Shown: positions 12,733 through 25,864 of the stretch, one piece after another | Layout of the letters: every line of letters starts with the position of its first letter | Position numbering within the stretch: the stretch's first letter is position 1 | Origin: Octopus sinensis | Taxonomy: Eukaryota | DNA length: 64,000 nt | Direction of reading: 5' to 3' | NCBI RefSeq assembly: GCF_006345805.1 | Contig: NC_042998.1 | Coordinates: 101,184,001-101,248,000, forward strand | The notes under the pieces: model-generated | What the model saw: only the letters and a program-made list of their open reading frames with translations | Told to the model about the DNA's origin: nothing | Database searches by the model: none | Translations under genes and position numbers: made by a program

Positions 12733-14645
12733 ACCAAGCTTCAGCGTCTATGATGATAGTTTACCAACGGTACAGTTACTTGTTGCTACATTTCTGACGG
12801 GCGAGTGTGACAAAGCGTTGCTTTAACTGCGTGCAAAATAAACGACGTCAGAGACATCTTTCGAAGACCACTGGCTTTTATATCGCCTTCTCATGTCTTC
12901 CGTGCATAACTTATCTTGTGTCAATACAAGAAAAAGACCATTAAACCAAATTTGAAAAGTACCGTAAGGCAAGAAGTAATTGTCTCAGAAAGCGAAAGTT
13001 TCCATTTGCTGTGTGAAGTTTTGTTCTCCAGTTAAGAACCACTTGTTATTGTTCTTCATTAGCTCCACGTGAGGCTCGATCGAGTAGACTTATGATAAAA
13101 GGCATACCAAGATAGAAAGAACCCTATCGAGATTTTTTCCATACGTATCCAGTATTACATAACCCAAGGCGTCCTTTCTCATTTTCAAAACGGTTGGGTA
13201 TAATTTGAAGAATTACACACTCTGCTGTCTGACTGTACTCAATACCACTGTAGAACACACACACACACACACACACGCACACAGACTCTCTCTCTCTCTC
13301 TCTCTCTCACAACACACACACACAATGAATGTAGAGTCCAATATCTTTAGCTATAGTTTTCCTGATACACTTGCATAAACGAGTCACTCATTTGTTGCTA
13401 TAAGAATAGTAAGATTCTACAAAGTGCTTTAAGTCATGAAATTGCAGGAAATAAGATTGTTTTCCTGTTATGCATCATGACTCTGAGATATCGCAAGGGA
13501 GACACTTCTGCTAAACCCTCTTGGCTGAGGTGTGTAGTTTCTCTTACATTTTACAAATTTAATTAGAAAATATTAGCAGAAAACGTTTAGCAATACGTTT
13601 TGAAATTACCTGTAAATAGCAAGAAAAATGGAGGCAGTCATAAAAAAGTTATATCGGAAGAGAGCAAGAGAACAATGCTTAGAATATTGCTGAAATAATA
13701 AATGGTGAAACAAATTAATAAAGAGGGTACGTAAGTTAAGACATTGCACGTCTCCTTAATCCGGTCCTGGTATGTATTATGAAAATCTTAGTCGGTAGTT
13801 GTGGAAGTAGTGGCATTTCGTAGAAGCTTTCTAATATTACTTTTAGATAATTATTGAATTTCTTCACATTATTCAAGTTTATTCATTTCTCAGCTGTATA
13901 TAAGCTGCACCTTAAAGATCCATTTATGTTTATTCTGTTCCTCTCAAATTTCCATGTGCTCTTTTATATATGTTCGTATTATGGTAAGAAATCAAAACTA
14001 CAGCGTATATATTTCGTGCAAGATACATCCGTTGATGCCGAAAGAGAACTTAGTAAATCTATTAGTAAACAGATATAAAATAAGTGCCAAACAAAGTACG
14101 GAAGTTGGTATAATCGATTAAAAGGCTTGAAGGTGATGCTCCATCACAGAAACAGTCTAAAATCAGTAAATAAATAGACAAATAAATAAAAATAAAATCG
14201 ACGTCCTATTCATGTACTTGGATCACCGATTCAGTAGACTATATCCTTCTTTTAAAAGGTAATGCGTAGTCTTGCGGCAGTATGAGAAATCAATATTTAA
14301 CAAATTGTGGGAATCCTCCAATTTTGTGAAAGCAGAGTAGCGCAAGAGAGTATAGTGTGATGTAGCAAAATGCAGTGTGATGTAATACAGAATAGTGCGC
14401 TCCAGTACAGTACAGTATATAATATATTGCGAAATATCTAAATAAGTAAATAAGAATAATTTGTCTTGTTTTGTTTCACACGAAGCATAACAGGTAAAAT
14501 GGTTTTAATGAGTGAAAAAGAATTATCGAAGACAATATTAAAGCTAATAGAAAAACAATGCTGATATCAGTGATAAAAATAACAGAAATTACTATCTTAT
14601 TAGATTTAGCACTCACACATCACACAGCACACACACACACTCACA

Positions 14646-14694
<49 letters not shown>

Positions 14695-15039
14695 TGTTAT
14701 ACATGGGGATGGTCATAAGTATATGTATAAATAAAACAAACATTCTATTTATTTCTCTTGAGTACTTTACTTCCACATTTAAAATGTGTGCAAGCGCGTG
14801 CGTGTATGTCTGTATTATACATATTTACACACACACACAACACACACACACACACATACACACACACACACATATATATATACATAAGTATACGTCCACG
14901 CACATACAAACACACACGCATATATATATATATTAATACACAACTGTGCTGAGATACTTGTATGTGCATGTACGCGTGCAAGCCTGTGCGTGCAGTCTGT
15001 ATTACACATATATGTATATATATATTATACATATACATA

Positions 15040-15107
<68 letters not shown>

Positions 15108-15142
15108 ATACATATACATATAATATATGTATATGTATATAT

Positions 15143-15188
<46 letters not shown>

Positions 15189-15324
15189 GTATACGCTCAC
15201 ACACACGCATATATACTATATATATATATATATATATGTATACACAAAGTGATGCGATTACTGTATGTGCAGTACGGTGCAAGCCTGTGCGGGCATGTCT
15301 GTATTATACATATATGTATATATG

Positions 15325-15363
<39 letters not shown>

Positions 15364-15372
15364 TATTATAGA

Positions 15373-15404
<32 letters not shown>

Positions 15405-15805
15405 ATATATATACGATATATATATACACACATATATATACATATATATATATATATCTATATATATATATAATATATATATACATATATATATATGTGT
15501 ATATACAAATGTGGTAAGATACTTGTATGTGTACGTACGTGTGCATCTGCGTGTGAAGACGTATAGAAACAAACTAACGACAATTACAATTGTAAACACA
15601 CAAGAAAGAAAAATGAAGAAATGTTACACAATGAAACGAACAGACGCACGAAAAGAAGACGAATCATACAAAAATATTAAAAATTTCCAAGAAAAAAATA
15701 TTTACCGAAATGATGTGATAATATTGTCGAATTTATTTTCCTATGGGGGTCTTTCAAGTGTGTCTGTACGTGTCGTCTGGTTTTACTGTGTACGATTGTA
15801 TGAGT

Positions 15806-15842
<37 letters not shown>

Positions 15843-16262
15843 GGCAATGTGCTTCTGTGTAGGTCTGGGTCTGTTTGTGTGCGTGTGTGAGTGTATATGT
15901 GAATGTGATGTGTTTGTGCGTACGATTGTGTGTGTGTGTGTGTGTATGTGTGTGTGTACGTATATGTGTATGTGTTGTATTTCTTTGCACGTTTGTGCGA
16001 TCGTGTGTCTGTGTATATTTGCGCGCGCATATGTGTATGTAATTTGTTTCTGTGTATGTCTGTGTTTGAGTGTACGTGTGTGTGTGTATGTGTGCGTGTG
16101 TGTGTGTGTATGCGTGTGTGCGTGAGTGCATGTGTGAATATGATGTGTTTGTGTGTACGATTGTGTGTATGGATGTATGTACGTATATGTGTATATATAT
16201 ATGTGTGTGTGTTTTGTGTTTGTGTATGTATATGCATTTTAATTCACATATTTTTTTTTTTT

Positions 16263-16478
16263 GTACTTGTTTCAGTCATTTGACTGCGGCCATGCTGGAG
16301 CACCGCCTTTAGAGTGGTGAAAGAGTACAGCAGGGATCACCACCATCCCCTGCCGGAGCCTCGTGGAGCTTTTAGGTGTTTTCGCTCAATAAACACACAC
16401 AACGCCCGGTCTGGGAATCGAAACCGCGATCCTGCGACCGCGAGTCCGCTGCCCTAACCACTGGGCCATTGCGCCTCC
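16263..16478 (-). mobile_element. tRNA-derived SINE (young-looking head joined to the common 3' tail)
   Basis: A-box TGGCCCAGTGG (16458-16468), B-box GGTTTCGATTCCC (16413-16425), tail AAAGGCGGTGCTCCAGCATGGCCGCAGTCAAATGACTGAAACAAGTA. Confidence 0.88.
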
Positions 16479-17395
16479 AATATATGTATATATTTGTTTA
16501 AATTTGTAGTGTGCGTTTGCGAATTTGTGTTTGTATGCATGTGATAGAGTTTGTTGTGTGATTACATGTATGTGCGCATTTACTTTGTATGTATGTAAGT
16601 GTAAGAATATACGTGTATATGTTTATTCTTGTATGCGTATGTGTTTGTGTTTGTGTGTGTGTGTGTGTTTGTGAGTTTGTGTGTGTTTGTGTTTGTCTGC
16701 TTTTGTGTATGGGAAGATTCGTGCTATGATCGTGTAACGTATGCATGTGTATGAGTGTAAGATGTTTTTACGTATGTATAAATGTATGAATATGTATGAG
16801 TGTGAAGGTGCTCGTATGCGTGTGTATATGTGTGTGTATGTATGTATGTGTGAGTGTGTATGTGTGCGCGTGAGTGTGTGTTTGTTGAGCTATGGTGTAC
16901 GTGGATTTGTGTCAGCAGTAAAGATTTTGCACATGTTGTTCGTTGTACGCTTTTGTGTCTGAGTTAAGGAATGTTGTGTGTGTGTGTGTGAGAGAGTGTA
17001 AGTGTGTGTGTGAGAGAGAGTGTAAGTGTGTGTGTGAGAGAGAGTGTAAGTGTGTGTGTGTGTATGTTTGTGCGTGAGCGTGTGTGAGCGTGATTGCGTG
17101 TTTGCCCATGCGTGTATGTTTATTTATGCGTGTGTGCAAGGTTGCCTGGCGGTGTGTGTGTACTCATCGGCTCAAATTGGAAAGAGAGTGTGTGAATTTG
17201 CGTATGTGTTTGTGTGTGTGTGTATGCGTATGCGTATGTGTGTGTGTGTGTGTGTTTGTGCACGCGCGTGTGTGAATGTATGATTGTTTGTATGCACTCG
17301 ACTACATTGTGGTGTGTATGTTTCTATAAGTGTAAATACGTAAAATTATGAAAGAACTTATAGAAATGTCAATGAAGCATTGAAAGAGATGAGAG

Positions 17396-17438
<43 letters not shown>

Positions 17439-20139
17439 AAAACAAAAAGTGTAAATAAGAAAAGAAAGTGTGCAAGAGAGAGTGAGTGACAGAACAAGAG
17501 AGTGAGAGGGAGAGAGAGACAGAGAGGGGAATTTATATGACGACAATAAGTAAACGGGGAGAGAATGTGAGAAAAGAATAGAGTGAGAGAGAGAGAAAGA
17601 TAGAGAAGAAAGAGAGAGAGAGAGAGAGAGAGAATGAGAAAAAGAAAATGAAAGTTAAAGGCAAGGGAAAAGGAGTAGGTAATGAAAGAGCTCATGAAAA
17701 GGAAAGCAAGGAGAAGAAAAGGGAAAGAAGGAATACAGTAAAAAGACAAACAAAAAGTGATTGGTCGAGAGAGAGAGATGGGGAGAACATATGTGAATGA
17801 AAGTGAAGGAGAGAAAAAGAAAATGAGAATGATGGAGTGAGAGAGACAAAGAGGTGTGTGTGTGTATGTGTGTGTGAGAGAGAGAGAGTGAGAGAGAGAG
17901 GGAGAGAGAAAACGTACAAGGCAGCAAATAAAACGGATATTTTATAATTAAATAGCAAACGTGGCGGAAATGTCATTCCAAAATAGTTTCGAAAAAGTTT
18001 CGATAGATAGTTATTATTAAGAAACACCATTACTTAACTGTATTTACGTCTACGATTTCATTTTTACTAAGTTAGCCAGAAGAGGAAGAACAACACTCAT
18101 GACCTGTCATAGGATGACAGAGAATTGTGGGTCGGAAGGAGGAAATGAACTGTAACTGAGAGTCTCTCAGCGGTTCATATATTCAAATCAGAGACTTGAA
18201 CGAATGCTTGTAACAGAATGAAATTTACTAAAGGCTCAAGCCAATGGCTAAGTGGTGGCCTTCAACCGGGCGGAGCATTAGGTCTAGTTCCAAAATACAA
18301 GGTACCATCAATCCGGTTGGCTTCGGCACAGTTCCCATAAATCCAATGCCGCTCTCAAAATATTTGAATCGACGCATGATTCTTTCAGCAAGGGTCTTGT
18401 TGAAGGTGCTACGCAGCGATATTGAAACTGGTAGTGATCCTAGCATCACGTGGTTGCATAGGAATCGCCTTTGCTTGCCCCACGATTCTATTCCTAAGGT
18501 TTCCAACAATTTTAAGGAGAAATGAACGATGATATGCCTGTTTATTCTTAATACTTTTCGGCAGATTTGAACGCAAATATGTTCATCGTATTAAAACAAT
18601 ATGCAAATCATCGCTTCATATCTCGCTGTATTCAGTGAAAATAACAGTTTGTTAATTGAAATATTTCAACGGAACGTTATATCAAGCATACTCATCCATA
18701 TGTTCACAAAACCTGTCAAAGCAGGCAACCAAAGCACTCTCGCAGTTGATTCAAGAAGAGGAGGCATTTGATAATGCGGTCCTAGATGCACTATGTCTGG
18801 CACGAAACTAGAGATATATTTAGAATGCCTTTCAGATCAGAAATCTACTTGACAAGGCCTAACTTCGGGGTCAAATAATCGACTGTTATTTGTTAATCTT
18901 TATACATAAATTGACTCTCCCCATGATTCCTCTTTACCCTTGGATATTTAAAACTCTTTCTTTCCCCATTTCTCATTTTCTTTTCAATCTATTTGTTAAA
19001 AATCCGATCTACACGCTTCTACAGAAGCAAAACTTATGCACACACATGTATATAACGCTCTCACACAGTCTCTCTCACAAACACACTCACTCACGAGTGC
19101 TCTCATACACACACACATTTATTCATCTACACACTCACATATGCACATCCACTTATAGTTACACGCATAACAAGCTATACGCACAGTTGTTGTTTAACGT
19201 TAGGTTAGCTCCGACCAAATAGACCTATCATCACAGACTTTTCAACCATGATCATTCTGTCCCTTTCCAATGCATGTTACTTGTTAGATCAACAACCACA
19301 CCATCTAATGAATCCTTCATGTTTTTAAAGACGGGATGGTGTTATGAGAAACAAATCTGAGTTGTTATTTTTAAGCCTGTCGAGCTACCAGGTAGAAAAT
19401 CTCAAAAGACAGTTCTTTTGTTATTGTTTATATAGCTCCTGGACACTGCTAACTAAACCGACCATGTTCAAAAACATTTTAGCAGCTATTATCCTGTTTT
19501 TGCCCTATGCGTAGTGAATCCTGGTATGCATTATGTAAAAAGGCCTTCTTTAAAACTTTGGGATGCGGTTTGAGAGAGATTTGGGATGCTATATCTAACA
19601 AGTCGAGCGATCACATACATTCTCTCTTTCTCATTAAACAGTTTTCTAACATGGTGAAATCCAGAATCCGAGGAAACTAATGGAGGTCTATGTCGGCAAC
19701 AATAAATCAAAAGCAAGTTTATTGAATGTCGAATAAATTCAAATGCCATGAGTAGAGAGTCTGACATTTCGATCTCTTGCCCTTCAACAGAGTGTTGTTG
19801 AAGAAAACGAAGGAGCTTTTAGCTTTGTTGGCGAGACAGGAAGAGATCGATGTTACTTTTGTTTTTCTCTTTCTTTTTCTCTCTCAATCATTCAGTCTTT
19901 CTTGAAGTATAGAATCTCTTCTGTTGGCCATTTCCTCTCTCTCTGTCCGTGTACATTTGTTACACACTCACATACACACACACACACACCACACATATAT
20001 ATACATTACAGACATACTTATGTATGTATGTATGTATGTATGTATGTATGTATGTATGTATGTATGTATGTATGTATGCATGCATGCACGCACGTATGCA
20101 TGTATGTATGATTATATGTATATGTGTATGTATTTATCT

Positions 20140-20600
20140 TATTCAGTTTATTTCAAGATTTGTTGCCAATAGAAAAAAGAGCCGGTTTCTAACCTAGATC
20201 AAAGGCTTCACTGGAATCTCAACATCAACATGATATTTGTATATATATATATATGTGCAGTATTTGGAGTCTGTGCATGTGTATATTTGTGTTTTGTTCT
20301 ACCTACGTATTCTCATTGATATAATTGCATGTTTAGAGATGCGCATATACACTCAAATGCTAAACTTCTGGAATGTTTTACAAATTTTTACAGTTACATC
20401 GATGGCTTGAATCTGTAATCTTCGAATTAACTTTCTTTTTAGGGTGCGTGTTACATATCCCAGTGCCCCAATAATTACAAGTATAAATTTGTAATCCCGG
20501 TATAGTAACAGTAAGTTTCTCAGTAGTTCAGCGTAGGTGTTTTCTTTTTCACACGACTTTTTCACACACTATGACGTACCGTGACATTGCTGCACACACA
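20140..20600 (-). mobile_element. Degenerate 3' end of an RLE-type (R2/R4/NeSL-like) LINE
   Basis: ORF 20353-20565 (EKENTYAELLRNL...VIIGALGYV...LQIQAI..TVKICKTFQKFSI*) has the K..Y and .IGALG C-terminal RLE pattern, followed by a 3' UTR ending AATAAACTGAATAA. Confidence 0.7.
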
Positions 20601-21220
20601 AAAGTCTAAGACCGCATCCAGAAAACAACCATCCAACTGATAGGCATATAAAGTCACTCACAGTCATATTTCAGTTCTGGTCAAAGTTAAACTGTTTTCT
20701 GGTTTTGGTTTTTCAACCTCTACAATAATATCCTTTAATTTTCGTAGTGAGCTGGACCATACCATATCTACCTAGGCATTCACGTCCCATTCGTTTGTTA
20801 TGTTCAACTCCAGGCTCCGCACTAATGACGCTACCCAGTTATCTCTTTGCAGAACGTTAGCCCTCTAGAGTTCTCTATTTGTTCATTTTTTCCCTCTGCA
20901 GTATTTGACTTCCAAAGACACAAGATGAACATCACATATGTTATGCCAATAATGTTCTTCTAGAAAATTAATGTTTCTCGCGGCTTCCGAAAGCCATGGG
21001 TACTGTCCCTCTTCATGAAGACATAATAAACAAACAAAAGAATTAAAAAGTGTTCGATAGGTTCCCACACAACTTTCGTCAACCTAATTTCACTGGACAT
21101 GCACCAGCTGCTTTGGGTATTCATTAAACAGCATTCTCGGAGGAAATACCACAAGATGGATATACAATTGTGATGATAAAGGAGCAGACGGCCACACACA
21201 CACGCACACACACACGCACA

Positions 21221-21251
<31 letters not shown>

Positions 21252-22218
21252 GCGCGCACACGCACACACAAACAAGCTTACACATACAAACACACACACG
21301 CATACAAAAAGCTACACACAAAAGTAGGCTTTGGTTCATGCAAATATTATTTATTTCTGTCTCTTTTCCCCGTTCTCTATCTCTCCGGCTCTTTCTCAGA
21401 CATATACACATGCCTATTCAAACACACATTATCTCTTACCTTCCTACTAATAGTTCCAACTAGAAATATACCGAATGAGGTTAGCTGTGTATACTTTCAT
21501 TCTAATAAGCATAAACCTAAACTGCACGCATACATATATATGTTTATATGCACCACACACAAATACACTCCTACGCAAAAACATATGCATATGCATACTT
21601 ATATAGGAGATATACACACACATACAGGCATATATACTTATATAAATATATACATACATACAAACATGCATACATACCTATATACATATACGCACATATA
21701 CATTCATAAAAACATACGACGCACATATATAAAGGCATGCGCAACTATGTGTATATTCGCACTCTCTTTCTTTTCCCTTTTTCACATTCCGTCCGCTTTT
21801 CTACCTCCTCTCTTCCTGACTTCCTGTACCCTTTCTCTCCTTCCCATTTACAGCACAACTTCTTCCTGTGTATCCTCATCAGGTTCCCTTCGTATTTTGT
21901 AATTGCTAATTAGATTTTGCTAAAACTTTCAACGAGGAGAGAGAACAAAGAAACATATATTCAATTCTATTCCAGAGTAAACAACAATAAAAAAAAAACA
22001 ATTCAAGACAAACAGCTGTTCTAAGTTAACATCTCATATCCTCCGAGGAAATTTTTCTTCAGAAAATGCAGCGGAAAAAATAATGTGAGCATTTGAAACT
22101 ACATATTTTATAATGATTTGATGAATTTATGCGAAAAGAAAATAAACAAATGATATACGTGCATGTGTATGGATGTACATACCCACGCGCGCGCATGTAT
22201 ATATATATATATATATAG

Positions 22219-22307
22219 ATATACTTTATTTTAAGCAGCAGAAAATTCAACAAAATCTGTTACTCTGAGTTTCTCGTTGCCGTTCATCAGACAGTTTTTG
22301 CTAGAAC
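22219..22307 (-). mobile_element. Short non-autonomous Penelope-type element between (TA)n tracts, carrying a hammerhead motif
   Basis: ~90 bp non-repetitive island in (TA)n containing CTGATGA...GAAA...GTA on the minus strand. Confidence 0.6.
22250..22301 (-). ncRNA. Minimal type I hammerhead ribozyme motif
   Basis: Minus strand reads GCAAAAACUGU CUGAUGA A-CG[GCAA]CG-A GAAA CUCAGAG UA ACAGAUUUUGU. Both core boxes are intact, stem I is ~10 bp with one mismatch, stem III is near-palindromic, and the GUA triplet predicts cleavage between 22261 and 22260. Confidence 0.65.
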
Positions 22308-22379
22308 ATATATATATATATAATGTCTCTAATTAATATTATATATATAATATATATATATATAATATATAATATATAT

Positions 22380-22417
<38 letters not shown>

Positions 22418-22424
22418 GTGTGTG

Positions 22425-22464
<40 letters not shown>

Positions 22465-22655
22465 TGTGTGTGTGTATGGTGTGTCTAATGTAGACACAGC
22501 AGGTATTAAAACGTATATGGCAAATTTGCTGTAAAGAAACTACAGCTTATAACACCTTGTGAAAAACAAATAAATACAAATAAATATTGTTACGGTTTCT
22601 CAGAGACACAGGTACGTTTCATGACTTGACGATTGATTACATTCTTAATATTCTT

Positions 22656-22760
22656 TTCTCCTCTAGGCACAAGGTCTGAAATTTTTTGGTGGGAGGCCAG
22701 TCGCAACTGGTACGTAATTTATCAACCCCGAAAGGATATAAAGCAAAGTCGACCTCGGCA
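22656..22760 (-). mobile_element. 5'-truncated SINE with 18 bp target-site duplication
   Basis: TACATTCTTAATATTCTT at 22638-22655 and 22761-22778 flanks a reverse copy of the SINE 3' half. Confidence 0.8.
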
Positions 22761-22788
22761 TACATTCTTAATATTCTTAATTCGTATA

Positions 22789-23373
22789 AGGCGGCGAGCT
22801 GGCAGAAACCTTAGCACGCCGTGCGAAATGCTTTGCGGTATTTCGTCTGCCGTTACGTTCTGAGTTCAAATTCCGCCGAGGTCGACTTTGCCTTTCATCC
22901 TTTCGGGGTCGATTAAATAAGTACCAGTGTCGCATTGGGGTCGATGTAATCGACTTAATCCGTTTGTCTGTCCTTGTTTGTCCCCTCTGTGTTTATCGCC
23001 TTGTGGGTAGTAAAGAAGTAGGTATTTCGTCTGCCGCTACGTTCTGAGTTCAAATTCCGCCGAGGTCGACTTTGCCTTTCATCCTTTCGGGGTCGATTAA
23101 ATAAGTACCAGTTACGCACTGGAGTTGATGTAATCGACTTAATCCGTTTGTCTGTCCTTGTTTGTTCCCTATGAGTTTAGCCCCTTGCGGGTAGTAAAGA
23201 AATAGGTATTTCGTCTATCTTTACGTTCTGAGTTCAAATTCCAACGAGGTCAACTTTGCCTTTCATCCTTTCGTGGTCGATAAATTAGTACCAGTTGCGT
23301 ACTGGGATCGATCTAATCGACTAGCACCCTCCCTGAAAATATCGGGCCTTTTGCCTAGAGAAGAAAAGAATAT
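22789..23373 (+). mobile_element. SINE (GGCGGCGAGCTGGCAGAA head) with three internal tandem 184 bp units
   Basis: GGTATTTCGTCT at 22837, 23021 and 23205. Core GACTTTGCCTTTCATCCTTTCGGGGTCGAT in each unit. Confidence 0.88.
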
Positions 23374-24313
23374 TTTTAATTCTTCAACTCACTAAGCGAA
23401 CTCAAGATCAATCGCTATTTAAAAGAAATACAAACTAGAAACTTGCTCGCATAACTAGACTAATTAGCATATCACGTGTTTGTCGGCGGCTCAAATAAGA
23501 GTTATAAATATTTTTTGCTCAAACAGTGCTTTTTAGAAAATTCTATGGAAAATTTAATTGTTTTAATTACAGCTCATAATGTCTCACTTGTTATTTTCCT
23601 CCCACATAGAAAACTGCAGAGGTTATTCTGTAATGTTTGTCTTACATCTCTCCAGATTGTAGGCACCCTTATTTTCCATGCTCAAATGTATTTAAAAGCA
23701 ACTCCTATTTAAATCGAGCAGAAATGAAAACCTAGCTGAAAGTACAAGATTTCATAAGAAGCATTTTTGGCAGCGTGACTACATAAGTAGCAACTATTTT
23801 ATGCTCATATATTATTTATTACAAAAGCGTTTTTACACATGTACACATCTGATATATTCTTGTGATTCTTCAGAAGATATAGACAAAAATATAAATGATA
23901 GCTGAAGGTGATATCAGCAGGTTTGTTCTCATCGCTTAAACCGGTCACATGATCATATTTATTGCAGTTTACCCGGATATTATTGTTGGGTTATTGTGGT
24001 GTAGGTTATCGCTGTCAGGGTAAATTATTAACTAGAACTGGCTAAAGAAAATTTTTATCAGGCTTTTCATGGAATTTCGTTGAAGAATCTAAGCCATTTG
24101 TTGACGAATGACAAGACTTTATGCATTGTCTAACCGAAAAGTCTCAGTCTTGAAACAACGTGAAGTGTCTCTTTACTCTGCAACCAGAAATATTCTACGG
24201 CTGCAGATATCCAGAGAGCGTTCCACATGGAAAGATTCAAGACGTCCGAATACTGCAATTCCAGTTCCAGAAATGTACGCGGAGCAACTCTCCTATGACT
24301 ATACATATACATT

Positions 24314-24527
24314 ATGGCTGCCCCCTCGTTATCGAGTATGGCCATTGCACATAGCTTAACTGTTATTGGTGCTGTGATCGAATGTGACTTTTTAGCCCAG
24401 CTAAAGATCTACAATGTCTTGTACAGAATTGGCAACTAAAACCTTCACCGGTAATAGCCGGCTGTAGTTGTAACTGGGCTTCATGTACCTTTGCATGTCG
24501 TTTAAGTCGTCCTGCCGAATACACTCT
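24314..24527 (-). mobile_element. Short 5'-truncated copy of the same zinc-finger RTE family
   Basis: Aligns with ~45525-45735. Encodes GRLKRHAKVH...CQFCTRHCRSLAGLKSHIRSQH*. Confidence 0.85.
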
Positions 24528-24608
24528 TATATACATACACACACACATACATATACATACAAACACACATACATACATACATACATACATACATACATAC
24601 ACACACAC

Positions 24609-24667
<59 letters not shown>

Positions 24668-24677
24668 ATATATGCGC

Positions 24678-24910
24678 TATTGTGTCTGGGGAGACTCATT
24701 TTCTTTTTGTGCTTTATAATTCAACACACTCACCGGTAAAATTTCCACTTATTTCTTATTTTTATTTTCCTAAAATTTTCGTTGCGTCTTGCAACCTTTT
24801 CAATAGTCTTGACTCTCTTGAAAATATAAATAAGAAATAAGTGGAAATTTTACCGGTGAGTGTGTTAAATTATAAGGCAAAAAAGAAAATGACTCTCCCC
24901 AGACACAATA
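24678..24910. mobile_element. Short inverted-repeat element (~85 bp arms, ~60 bp spacer)
   Basis: TATTGTGTCTGGGGAGACTCATTTTC...CCGGTAAAATTTCCACTTATTTCTTAT and its near-exact reverse complement ending CCCCAGACACAATA. Confidence 0.8.
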
Positions 24911-25314
24911 GAATATACTTCAACACACGAACTCACATAAAGAATCTTGTAAACCAAATCCACAAACGAAATATATATATTCATATATACATATACATAT
25001 ATATATACACACACATACACTGCTTGTAAATGTGTGAACATATACGTACAAAAAAGCATATCTATTAAATTCCGCCGAGGTCGACTTTGCCTTTCATCCT
25101 TTCAGGGTCGATAAATTAAGTAGTGGTTGCGTACTGGACCCTTCTCCTCCCCCAAATTTCAGGCCTTGTGTCTAGAGTAGAAAGGATTATTTTAAGTCTG
25201 ATATCTATTCTATTGGTCTCATTTCTGACGAAGTTCTAGGCTTCGGGGAAGTAATCAAATACACTTTATCTATCCATGAAAAGCAGACTCAGTAACCAAC
25301 TGACAGACAGACAG

Positions 25315-25380
<66 letters not shown>

Positions 25381-25411
25381 GCACGCACGCACGCACGCAC
25401 ACACACGCACG

Positions 25412-25485
<74 letters not shown>
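25315..25485. repeat. (CA)n microsatellite, representative (also 2140-2235, 2815-2870, 14625-14693, 24540-24665, 32460-32545)
   Basis: Read directly from sequence. Confidence 0.95.
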
Positions 25486-25488
<3 letters not shown>

Positions 25489-25864
25489 ATCCCTATTATT
25501 TTTTAAAAGGATCTGGAGAAGAATTACTCAGAACAAAAGTAAATTGCAATAGTTTATCTAGGCCGGTCCAGTGACGTGATACCATTTGAAAAGCTTAAAT
25601 AACGACGTGCAACGGTTTCTTGAGAAAAGGCAAACTGTCCCAGTTTTACATACGTGAAGAGATGTTTGCACACCGTAGGAACTCCAGAAAAAGAAACGAC
25701 CGAGCTGGGTGACCGTGAGTATGCACCATCGAAAAGGTTTAAAAAGGGCGAAATGCATCGTTCACTTCACCCAGTGTTTACTGAATGATACACGAGGTGG
25801 AGGATTATTCAGTTGATTCTACCAATAACAGAAAAGCACACTCCATATATATTTATATATTGTG

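Noticed and set aside
14780-16240. Short recurring non-repetitive words (GTGCAAGCCTGTGCG; GTACGATTGTG) within TA/TG tracts
   Set aside because: Explained by local slippage duplication of microsatellite-rich blocks.
16380-16478. Functional tRNA gene
   Set aside because: A and B boxes are present but run into a SINE body and tail; no acceptor stem closes.
18228-18525. Overlapping 93 aa ORFs on both strands in a GC-richer island
   Set aside because: No motif or convincing splice context in any frame; probably an old TE remnant that I could not classify.
22837-23373. CRISPR-like or satellite interpretation of the 184 bp periodicity
   Set aside because: The units are SINE cores with no repeat-spacer architecture, in a eukaryotic context.
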